Shown piece after piece: positions 55,901 to 64,000 of a stretch of 64,000 bases of DNA. The DNA lies in the NCBI GenBank assembly GCA_034522515.1, contig JAXHLF010000017.1, positions 18,971 through 82,970 on the forward strand. The letters run 5' to 3'. This DNA is from Bacteroidales bacterium. Lineage in GTDB: Bacteria; Bacteroidota; Bacteroidia; Bacteroidales; VadinHA17. Under the pieces are notes generated by a model that made no database searches, was not told where the DNA came from, and saw nothing but the letters and a program-made list of their open reading frames with translations. A program made the position numbers and the translations under genes. Within the stretch, counting starts at the first letter, position 1. Each line of letters starts with the position of its first letter.

Positions 55901-55979
55901 CCTCGGCACATTTGTCAGTCTCTACTTCATTCCGCTGGCGTACTGGTATATCTACAGGAGAAGGGGGGAGAGAGCATGA
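52931..55979 (+). CDS. RND efflux permease 2 (AcrB/MdtC-like); 2-3 frameshifts
   Basis: MVRFLVQRPVAVIMSFLAVIVLGIAASGRLPVSLMPDIDIPEITV is a canonical RND N-terminus. 52838..54463 and 54975..55979 tile about 1016 codons. There is an 8-bp overlap with permease 1. Confidence 0.8.
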
Positions 55980-56305
55980 CTCGCGTTGGGGAAGGTGAAT
56001 TTGCATGGCTGTACTTTTTTCAGATAATTAATTTATAGCGCAACATCAAAATTGGAGAGCCTGTGAAGATTTTTGTGTAAACGAGGAGTCCCTCACTGCC
56101 AGCCTTTATCCCATCCTCCTGAACAAGGTAGATGTTTGAGTCGGTTGTTGAGCCCAATAGAATAAGCCCGCAGAGGTCATTTAAACCACTCTACGGGCAT
56201 TTCAGTGAAATAGGATGAACAGAGTCTCCGTTGGGGAGCAGTCCTACCTGCATAACGACAGAAGGGAAATCTCAGCTACTTACCACCTTGATATCGGTTT
56301 TAAAA

Positions 56306-56776
56306 TTAGCTTATAGTAAAACCCGTCCCGATTCTGCAAAAGGCTACAAACTCCCTTAGGTAATCCCTGTCGTCCTTATTCCCAAACTCATATAAGAGCC
56401 GGCTTCTCTCCTCCTGATCTGGGATGTAAAGCCCCATTTCACTTTCAGCAAAAATCCCCCTTACAATAGTCCCAAATGGTTCATCCCCTATAACTAAAGT
56501 CCGAGGATATCTCATTGGCTCTCCTGTACTGTTTAGCTCGGGTAACTGTTCCAGGGCCCTCTCCAGAGCTTCAGCCAATTCAAAAGCATCTTCGGGTGTT
56601 ACATATTGGTATTCGTTGTATAAGTAACCCCCCACTTTCTCACAGTTCTTCTCGTCGTCCCATTCTATAGTCCCTTTGGGTATCCAGTCAAAACATAAAG
56701 CAAGCTTTAGAACCTTAGGAAAATCACAAATTCCAAACCTGAAATCTGCAGTCCTACAATGTAAATCATAACCCAT
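56306..56776 (-). CDS. hypothetical protein (156 aa, no recognisable domain)
   Basis: Intact ORF, acidic, with no signal peptide. It is the last gene of the co-directional integrase/replication module. Confidence 0.5.
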   Translation of the reverse strand: MGYDLHCRTADFRFGICDFPKVLKLALCFDWIPKGTIEWDDEKNCEKVGGYLYNEYQYVTPEDAFELAEALERALEQLPELNSTGEPMRYPRTLVIGDEPFGTIVRGIFAESEMGLYIPDQEERSRLLYEFGNKDDRDYLREFVAFCRIGTGFTIS

Positions 56777-56787
56777 AATTAATTGAT

Positions 56788-57108
56788 TTATTTATTAAAT
56801 AGACTAAATCTCATGAATTGGCTGGAGCCTTCGCTCCTTGTCGTCTGTAGATTTTCTCTCACTAAGTACAGGTTACATCCTGTTTGAAGACCTTCATCCT
56901 GAATACCTACCTCTGCTCTGCAAACCTGGTTTTCATAGAATAGCAATAGCTTAGCCGTAGTGTATTTTTCCTGCTCAAAGAACCTGCAAGAGGCACAGCT
57001 TTTCGTAGAAGGATTATAGTAACAGCGATGCTCGTGGGCTTTACAGGTTTTTGGGTTACTGTAAATCTTGCCACAGTGATCACATTTAAAGGCATTAATC
57101 TCTTTCAT
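56788..57108 (-). CDS. hypothetical zinc-finger-like protein (106 aa)
   Basis: Intact ORF. CDHCGKIYSNPKTCKAHEHRC has C-x2-C-x12-H-x3-C spacing, followed by CASC. Confidence 0.5.
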   Translation of the reverse strand: MKEINAFKCDHCGKIYSNPKTCKAHEHRCYYNPSTKSCASCRFFEQEKYTTAKLLLFYENQVCRAEVGIQDEGLQTGCNLYLVRENLQTTRSEGSSQFMRFSLFNK

Positions 57109-57188
57109 GATTATTTAATATTATGTTTAACTCTGTTATTTATCTCAATTTGAACTCCTGAAACTTCCAGGATAAGGCATCCATGACA

Positions 57189-57878
57189 TTATGGAGGAAG
57201 TACTTTGTATACCCATACGAGAATCCATTTATATTGTTTATCATCGGTAAGCACGTTATAACCCGTTGCCCTGATCCTTTCCATTAGTTTCTTCTGAAAT
57301 CTTGATCTCTTATCGTTCAGAAGATTGAACATCTCGTGCATCCTGCTGACCACCCTGTCCTTATACTTCTCTTCAGAGTCTCCATCGGGAAGTTAGTGGT
57401 TGCTACAATGTGAGCAAGCCTTCCTTGCACCTGCTCGTAAGCAAGTCTCCTATGATGTCGACATCAGTAACGTAGATGTCTTAGACTCTCTCGACTTCAG
57501 CTCCGATATCATCAAGGCACAGGATGAACTCTATTCTCATAAGGATTAATCCTATCATATCCACCGGCCATAAAATGCTTCACGACTTCATGCACGGTCA
57601 TGATATCATAATTCATTGTATAACGCCTTCCGTTTTTTAAATATGAGATATTGTCGATCTTACGGTCCATGATTCCACTGACCTTCATCTGAAAGAGTTT
57701 TACCTGAGCCTGTGGTACCCATAAGCAATATTCCTTTGTTAAGGTTACTTTTGAAACCAGGACCACCTTGGTAGTATCTAATCAGTTCGTGTCGTATCCC
57801 TTCACCTGAGATGTCATTACTAATCCAGGGACCATGCCCTTAGCTATTTCTCTCTACAAAATGGAGAGCCGTATTCAT
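57189..57878 (-). CDS. DnaC/IstB-like AAA+ ATPase (replication helper), multiply frameshifted
   Basis: My hand translation across frames gives Walker A GILLMGTTGSGKT, Walker B ILCLDDIGAEVE and ATTNFPMETL...YKDRVVSRMHEMFNLL. ORF 57512..57766 is one fragment. Confidence 0.5.
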
Positions 57879-57900
57879 TTTATAGGGTAGGTATTGTATT

Positions 57901-58698
57901 CTATTTATTCCAGAGAGCATTGACCCTCTTGATATCTCTTCCATTACTATGTCTATCTTTTCCATCTGTCTTAAAATTTATATTATTATTCTTTTCCCAT
58001 AACCGGATGGCAGCTTGCCAATCCTTCATTCTATTTTTTCCTATCATCCACCCCTTTGAGGCATAAGCATCGACAAACTGTTCAGGATCGACTTTGTTCT
58101 TGCGTTCGGAACAGTATTCCTTTACCATCTCAAGAGTAGGAGGGATTATTTTATTGGCCGGAACGGCACTAATAATATTCTTCTCATTCTTTTCATTCTT
58201 ACATTCTTGTTTGGGGTAAGTGACCGTCTCCTGGCTGTCTGGGGGGTGTCTCCCGGGCGTCTTATGATCGTTAGGCAGGTCCTGATAAGAGTCATAATTA
58301 CAGATGCTTATCCGTGTTGTAATTTTGAGGTTCTCGCGCGTCCATATTACTCTGCAGCAACCCGAAAAATTCTAATACGGTCTGCTTTGTTACTCCCCAC
58401 TCCCTCGCCCAAGTTTGTAAGCTCTTCACCGATTGACCTCGCTTGCATTCAATTAAATCACCCCGGATCAATACCTTTTGATCAGTATGATTTGCTGAGA
58501 GTAGAATATCAAGCCACCACTGCAATTTGCCTGAATGCCATAGCCAATGATCTTTTATACTTCTGTAGAGTTTTATCCAACCCTGACCACTATCGTGATT
58601 CTTTTCTCATGATCGATCAGTTTGAGGTTATGCTGAATAAGACTATCGAACCACTGCCTGAAATCAGAAAAGCTATATACAGTCTTATAGATAGATGA
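57901..58698 (-). CDS. replication-organiser-like wHTH protein (phage/plasmid type), frameshifted
   Basis: WWLDILLSANHTDQKVLIRGDLIECKRGQSVKSLQTWAREWGVTKQTVLEFFGLLQ, then ...ISICNYDSYQ, then the C-terminal VDPEQFVDAYASKGWMIGKNRMKDWQAAIRLWEKN (57901..58128). Confidence 0.45.
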
Positions 58699-59038
58699 TC
58701 CGCGATCTGCCGGTCGTGTACTGAGTTTTCAAGGCATTATGAGACGAGCATATCTTTCTGGGCTGTATCACGATTATGAGAGACACATCCTCTAAGATTA
58801 TTATGACCTTATACCTTAATTCACCCTGTTGAATGAGTGTGTTGTTTACTGATTTTCTGAACACTCTTCTACCAAGTTCTTATTGAAATGGTGCTCGACT
58901 CCATTCTTCCTGACATATCTTCTAATCCTACTGTAGCTAGTTCCTCAGCCGCGGTATCACTATAAGCAATATGTTTATGCAGGTAGTAATTACTATCGTC
59001 GTTGTGAGTAATATGAACCTCGGGGAAGCCCATCTTCT

Positions 59039-59395
59039 TCAATTGCCGTTTGGACGCCGGTTTTTTAGAGACCGGTTTTGCCGGCTTTTTTCTCGGTAGC
59101 GATGTGAATCTCTTCGATCACGCCCTCCTTTAATTTTTAGTGCTGGAATAGCCTTTACCGCATCCTCAATACTGGATTCTAAGTAAAGTATCCTGCCACC
59201 TATTCTATGGGACTGTATAATCCCCATCCTGGTGTATGAGTGAAGGGTAGGCAATGTAATATGCAACATTTCTGCTGCTTGATGCCTTGTTAGATAAAGT
59301 GGTTTTTTGGGCTCTGGCTTTACATCTCTAAGATGTAATATTAGCCCTTCGATATTTGCGAGCCTCTGCTCAATTGTTTCAAACGGATTAATCAT
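59039..59395 (-). CDS. helix-turn-helix (excisionase/MerR-like) DNA-binding protein
   Basis: LTRHQAAEMLHITLPTLHSYTRMGIIQSHRIGGRILY is an excisionase-family HTH. The likely start is MINPFETIEQRL at 59395. The ORF track starts it at 59455. Confidence 0.6.
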   Translation of the reverse strand: MINPFETIEQRLANIEGLILHLRDVKPEPKKPLYLTRHQAAEMLHITLPTLHSYTRMGIIQSHRIGGRILYLESSIEDAVKAIPALKIKGGRDRRDSHRYREKSRQNRSLKNRRPNGN

Positions 59396-59660
59396 TTTCG
59401 ATCGTATTTGTTTTACGACCCGAAAGATTTGTGGATACACCGTCTTCTTTAACATGGTCTGAACCGGTTAAAAAATAATTCCGGTATTCTTTTCTGCGTT
59501 ATCGAGAAATGTATCTATATCATTTTCAGCAGTTGCGAGGTGCATAGGATTGTGAAGATATTTGCTTGCCCTAACCATCATTTCATAACGGGTTTTATTT
59601 TTTCTGTTACTGCCACAATCACCGGTTCTGTTGGCCTTAATGAGGAAATACTTGAATTGA

Positions 59661-59879
59661 TTATATGAACTTGTCTCCGTTCTTAAGTGAAATAACGCCT
59701 TCTGCAGTCAGCTCTTTGGCAAAGGCTTCCTTATTCTGCCTATTCATTATCTTGCCTTCCCACACATACTGAAGAGCAATTTCAGCAAGAGTACGTTCCT
59801 TGTTTCCACTTGTTTCGGGGCTGTCAGATTGTGTGGAGGTATCTACTATCATGGATACATTTAAGAGCATGTCTTCCAC
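59661..59879 (-). CDS. hypothetical protein; may continue to about 59470 after a frameshift
   Basis: 72-aa ORF. An adjacent open frame (...IKANRTGDCGSNRKNKTRYEMMVRASKYLHNPMHLATAENDIDTFLDNAEKNTGIIF) follows directly downstream. Confidence 0.35.
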   Translation of the reverse strand: MEDMLLNVSMIVDTSTQSDSPETSGNKERTLAEIALQYVWEGKIMNRQNKEAFAKELTAEGVISLKNGDKFI

Positions 59880-60153
59880 ATAACTGAAAAAAGGATTTAT
59901 AGTACTAATGCGAATTTACATCAATTTCACGTTTCAGGTTCAGTAAAAATGATAGCAGTTTTTGTTTTTCATAATCTAGGCAATTATTAGTAAATTCAAC
60001 TTATCCCCGATAGACTCGACTTTAGGTCTGCTGCAATTGGGCTGGCGACATGACACCATTTCCGTGTTTTGAAGCGTCTTCCAAGTGATTGGATTACCTG
60101 AAGTCTATCTGAAAGAGATTTCTTGATTCATAATATGTATAACATTAGTGGCT

Positions 60154-61505
60154 TTACACTACTTTTAATTTGCTGCTGTTGAAGTATGGATGAGTGGTTA
60201 GCGCTTGTGCAGTTTCTTCCTTAGTAACCTTTATGTACGTTAAAAACTCTCTTTCCGACTTATGACCTGATATTTTCATTATATCGTTTTTAGCATTAAT
60301 GCCCCCCGATATAGCAATACCGGTGCATCGATTCTCTGCCGTATGGGTTTTAATAAGTTCATTTTTGGGAACCTTACTTAACACTTTTAGACCACCTCGC
60401 ACCTCCTCCTTATTGATAATCGTTGTAATGCCGGCTAATGCTCCAAACATCCTTTATTCTGCTGTTCACCTTTTGCTTAAAGGTCTTGGGAAGAGTGAAG
60501 TCATATTTTTCGACAAGTAAACCTGCCTTACCCAATTCTTCTCTCATTGGAATTAGCACTTGCTCTCCTGTCTTTTTTTGGATGATATCTATTATACGAG
60601 AACCGTTCCCGAGTTCCCTGATGTGATCTTTTGTTCATGCCTTGAGTCAGTCTGAATAGCGCTGAGCAGTATAACAACCGACAAGGAAAATATCCCGTGC
60701 AACCTCAAGCTCCGGTTTACCCCTCAGATCGAGTTGCAACATTTTCTTTATTTCTTCTTCGGAGAGATAAATTTCCTGAACAGGAACCTTTATTGATTTG
60801 AATTTTTTCCTGTCAGTTTATGCGTTAGCAATGCAAGTCTTGATCTTTTGCTATCTACGATAATTGCCTTAAGGCTTTTCACATGTCGGCCGATGGTATT
60901 GGGACTGTAATTCTTTTTATTGAAATAAATTACCATCTTATCATAGACATCTATCGTAATATCATCGAAGTCGAGCTTACGGTTAATTGCCTCCTGAAAT
61001 TGGTTGAACTGTTCCTTAAAGCCCTTATAATTTCTGAATCGTACCCTGTTTATATCGCTCTGTTCGTCTTTATCTATGATTATCGTAACTGTCTCCCGCT
61101 TCAAGCAATCTTCTTTATGCACTCATTTATAAATTCGTTTAAGTTAAATCTGATCTCTATTCACGAGTCAGGCTCTCTTCATTTATTACATACGCCGCTG
61201 AAAGTAGCCATTGCTTATTTGCAGGTTTGCCCTGAGCACTCTCTTTTGATTATATCCCTTCGATGCTACATTTTTTGAGCGTCAATAGATTCGCAGTAAT
61301 TTCAGCTCTATCTTCCAAGGTGAAGCCTTCTGTATTTAAAATCCTTTGCCTAATCGATTGTGTTTCATTGCTCCAATATTTCGGATATATATTATACTTT
61401 GTAGGTACTCGTAAATCCAACTTTGAACCGTCCTTTAATCTAAGATAGATAGGGGGAGAACAACCTTTTACAGTGGATCGGACTGAATAAGTTTACTGTT
61501 GCCAT
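60154..61505 (-). CDS. tyrosine site-specific integrase (Bacteroidota Arm-binding + SAM-like + catalytic domains); at least 5 frameshifts
   Basis: N-terminus MATVN... then PIYLRLKDGSKLDLRVPTKYNIYPKYW (arm-binding domain). 60790..61122 is SAM-like. ARDIFLVGCYTAQRYSD. The C-terminus has ISGHKSEREFLTYIKV (catalytic His/Tyr region). Confidence 0.75.
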
Positions 61506-61679
61506 AGCTGCAAATTATTAGTCTCAAATATACGAAGTTCTTCGAATATGGCCCGCAATTGGCCCATTTATTTTTAATTTCATTTAATCGTGATTGACTA
61601 ATCATTTATTACTAATTGTCTGCGTAAACGATTATATGGCATGCTTAGCAGGGGGTATAGATTAGGGTAAGGAAAATAG

Positions 61680-61702
61680 TTTGAGTCCGCCACTGACCTC
61701 AA
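61680..61702. repeat. attR-like copy of the tRNA-Cys 3' end
   Basis: tttgagtccgccactgacctcaa matches the tRNA 3' end ttcgaatccgccaccgacctcaa at 20/23, in the same orientation. Confidence 0.7.
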
Positions 61703-61744
61703 CAAATCCTCTTCCTGAGCATAGCGAAGGAAGGGATTTTTATG

Positions 61745-61911
61745 TTCAGACCGCCGCCCGCCTGCAAGGGCGGAGAGGATGGAAAACAAGAAGCCCGAAG
61801 AGCGCTGCAGGCGCTCGGGGGATTTTGTTGCAAAAAGGTCGCGGGACTCTTGCGGACTCATGAAATAATCCGCCTTTTGTTTTCAGACCGCCGCCCGCCT
61901 GCAAGGCGGAG
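61745..61911. repeat. two copies of a ~30-nt hairpin-containing element, 137 bp apart
   Basis: ttcagaccgccgcccgcctgcaagggcggag at 61745-61775 and ttcagaccgccgcccgcctgcaaggcggag at 61882-61911. The second copy abuts the stop of the beta-barrel gene. Confidence 0.8.
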
Positions 61912-61912
61912 G

Positions 61913-63348
61913 TCAGAACTGAATCTTCATCGAGAGTCCGCCGTACCTGATACGCAGATTCAGGCTTGTAAGATCCTTGAGTGGCAACTGCACAAACGGT
62001 TCAAACAGCAAGTGACTGGTCTTGACAAAAGGCAGAGAGTATCCTGCAGAAAAGTTTGCAAGTCCCAGGACGTCAACACGGCTTAAAGGCTCCTGTTCGC
62101 TTTCAATCTTTACGGAGCTGGTCTTTGAGTTCGTACGGTATTATGACCTGTAGAGGCGTCTACTGTGGACCTTGTGTAAGTATTGTTATAATTGCCCGAC
62201 AAATGCTGAGATAAGATATCTTAGTCGCAGTCGATGCCCCTGTCGTAAAAAACAGATTTGACCCTGATCGTTTCCGGAGTGAGAATACAAAATTAACGGG
62301 AACCTCCAATGAAAGCACGTCGATACTCGCTTCATAAGAGGTGGTTGTCCCGGACAGTCCATCCAGCTCCGGTGCAGTGTAATCCATTGCAGCACCTCCT
62401 CCCGAGATGCTTTCAATACCATCTATTATGTTTTGCCATCGCCAGGCCTGGACGAACGGAGATTCTGCGGGTAAGCTGCTGTTCCACATAAAAACCAATT
62501 GAAACACCCTGGGATGCTGATGTCGTATTGTCAATACTGGCCATCATACCAGATAAGCCGGTCAGAATGGTGGTCGCCATCCTCTCCCGCGGGAGATCAA
62601 AAAAGTCCTCGGCAGCTTCTTTGGGTTTCAGTTTCAATCCCGTATCAGTAGCATCAGTTAACCTTATTTCAGCGGGATTTTCGGATAGCTTCATCTCCGG
62701 AGCCATAGAGTTCTCAGCCAAAAGTGATTCGCCAGCCTTATCTGCTTCAGTTAAATGCGATCCGCCTGCTTCATCGGCTCCGGTTAACTGCGATTTCTCA
62801 GCCTTAACGGCTTCAGCCAAGACCGGTCCGGCAGCATCATTGATCTGGCCACCGGGTTTCTCCCTGCCTGTTTGATTGGATTGCCCGACTTTGCTGGTTA
62901 TTGTCTTAGAAGCCTTACCGGAGCTCGCGATGACCGTGGTTTCCCCGGCTGCTGCTTCAATTACCGGACCGGAGTCAGCAGTGACCGTGGTTTCACCGGC
63001 TGCGACTTCAGCAACCGAACCGGTGTCAGCGATGCCCGGGCTTGCTACGGCTGTATCCTCCTTGTTTATTGCATGGTCCGTCAACCCACTCCGGTTTTCC
63101 TGCGCCAATTGATTACCGGGCTCATCGGCACTCGTGTGTGTTATCCGGTTTGTCAAAAGTACCACGAGAGTCAGGATTGCAGCAACTGAGGCGACTCTGG
63201 CCCAAAGTGGAATGATGAATGGCCGGGTCGGTCTTTTACCATACTTTCTGGTATAGGAGTTCCATCCTTCCTCTGCGAGATGTTCGGCATTGAAGTTGTC
63301 AAAGGCCTCCTTTGCCTTCCGGCCGAATTCTTCGTCAAACTGCTTCAT
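61913..63348 (-). CDS. membrane-anchored protein: N-terminal cytoplasmic segment, one TM, low-complexity linker, C-terminal OM beta-barrel-like domain; about 3 frameshifts
   Basis: 62413..63348 has the TM IIPLWARVASVAAILTLVVLL and an Ala/Glu/Thr-rich repeat region. 62160..62534 and a third frame continue to ...RYGGLSMKIQF (a beta-barrel-type C-terminal Phe) with the stop at 61913-61915. It follows the ECF sigma gene by 30 bp. Confidence 0.55.
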
Positions 63349-63377
63349 GGCCCTTTTTAACTGAGATAATATGCTCC

Positions 63378-63943
63378 TTACAATAGAGTTCCCGTAGGAA
63401 GCCCGCTTTTCGCCCTGGCAAGAGTTTCTTTGATCTGGGGATGAAATGAAGCAGTCACTCCCATCATCCGGCCGATCTCCTCATGCGAATATCCCTCTAT
63501 TTCGAAGAGGTTGAAGGTTATCTTGTAATGTCCGGGGAGGTGCCTGTACAATGCCAGGATATCGTTTACGGAAAGCTCCGATTCAATTTCCGGATCCCGC
63601 TCCGTTTTGGTCATCAATCAGTTGCATAAGGTAGCCATTAAGTTATTGAAGAATTCCCGGATAAGTTATCCTTATAGCCGTGTTTACCAATACTCTCCGT
63701 ACCAGGGTTTGAACGATCGTGAGTAGTCGTAGTCCGTATAGAATTATTGAGAACTTTCATATAGCTGTCATTAACTATTTCCATGGCCTCACTTTCATCA
63801 CGGGTATACCTGATGCAGATCGACATCGCAAAGGAGAAATAGCGCTTGTAGAGAATCTCCTGTGAGCGTCTGTCGCCACCGGCACATCCTTTAACAAGAT
63901 CCGAATCAGAGTATTCATGACCATCTTTGGTTACTTTACCCAT
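63378..63943 (-). CDS. ECF-type RNA polymerase sigma-70 factor, frameshifted
   Basis: Region 2 (RRSQEILYKRYFSFAMSICIRYTRDESEAMEIVNDSYMKV; YDYSRSFKPW in an alternate frame) and region 4 (ITFNLFEIEGYSHEEIGRMMGV). Confidence 0.75.
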
Positions 63944-64000
63944 TATACCGCCAGGAGTCAAGTTTTCCCGAAATAACTCAATTCGAACGATATTATGGTT

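Larger units (their letters stand above)
38621..61702. mobile_element. tRNA-Cys-associated integrated element / genomic island (~23 kb, mosaic)
   Basis: A 23-nt direct repeat bounds it: ttcgaatccgccaccgacctcaa (38621-38643, tRNA 3' end) against tttgagtccgccactgacctcaa (61680-61702), 20/23 identical. A tyrosine integrase gene sits 175 bp inside the right repeat. Composition is AT-rich against the flanks, with HTH/excisionase-like and replication genes. Confidence 0.65.

Noticed and set aside
58207-58698. 163-aa plus-strand ORF in the island's replication region
   Set aside because: It is antisense to the frameshifted replication-organiser gene, whose motifs (WWLDILLSANH..., ICNYDSYQ, KDWQAAIRLW) are clearly on the minus strand.
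61745-61911. Possible CRISPR array (repeat - 107-nt spacer - repeat)
   Set aside because: There are only two copies, the spacer is far too long, there are no cas genes, and one copy functions as the 3' flank of a gene.
1-64000. Reading the many frame breaks as programmed frameshifting or as wholesale pseudogenisation
   Set aside because: The breaks occur in unrelated genes, including essential glnS, with no shared slippery heptamer. The resolved sites are 1-nt length changes in short homopolymers. Sequencing or consensus error is the simpler explanation, though it is unproven without reads.

Overview
This looks like a Bacteroidota chromosome segment. Supporting signs are TAnnTTTG-type -7 promoter boxes, many lipoprotein and Tat signals, dense glycoside-hydrolase content and an ECF sigma module. 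The core is roughly 50-55% GC by eye. Left to right the window holds: (1) housekeeping and envelope genes at 1-17.6 kb, including a two-component pair, an M14 peptidase, a Gfo/Idh/MocA oxidoreductase, an AEC transporter, tRNA-Gln, glnS, folB, a HepT/MntA toxin-antitoxin pair and a Tat-signal dipeptide epimerase. (2) A 20-kb hemicellulose utilisation supercluster at 17.7-37.3 kb with no SusC/SusD pair: GH9, GH94 phosphorylase, a Na+/solute symporter, a NUDIX/NrtR-like regulator, GH31, CE7, GH2, GH5, GH26, GH130 phosphorylase and a cellobiose-2-epimerase-like gene. (3) An SPFH protein, then a tandem pair of tRNA-Cys genes whose first copy carries a 52-nt T-loop insertion. (4) An approximately 23-kb mosaic integrated element at 38.6-61.7 kb, bounded by the tRNA-Cys 3' end and a 20/23 matching copy of it. 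It carries an AT-rich double-glycine peptide (bacteriocin-like) locus: a C39-like/VKOR/thioredoxin fusion, a 4-Cys precursor, two paralogous 6-bladed beta-propeller lipoproteins, a C39-ABC exporter and a HlyD protein. It also carries a GC-rich MdtABC-like tandem RND efflux operon and an AT-rich integrase, HTH and replication module with two orphan genes. (5) An ECF sigma gene and a membrane-anchored beta-barrel gene at the right edge. About two thirds of the genes are interrupted by 1-nt indel frameshifts, including the essential glnS. I read these mainly as consensus errors, so I annotated full-length genes across the breaks. The most interesting candidate system is the peptide, disulfide-maturase and propeller locus on the tRNA-Cys island. 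All functional calls come from reading motifs by eye. No database search was run.
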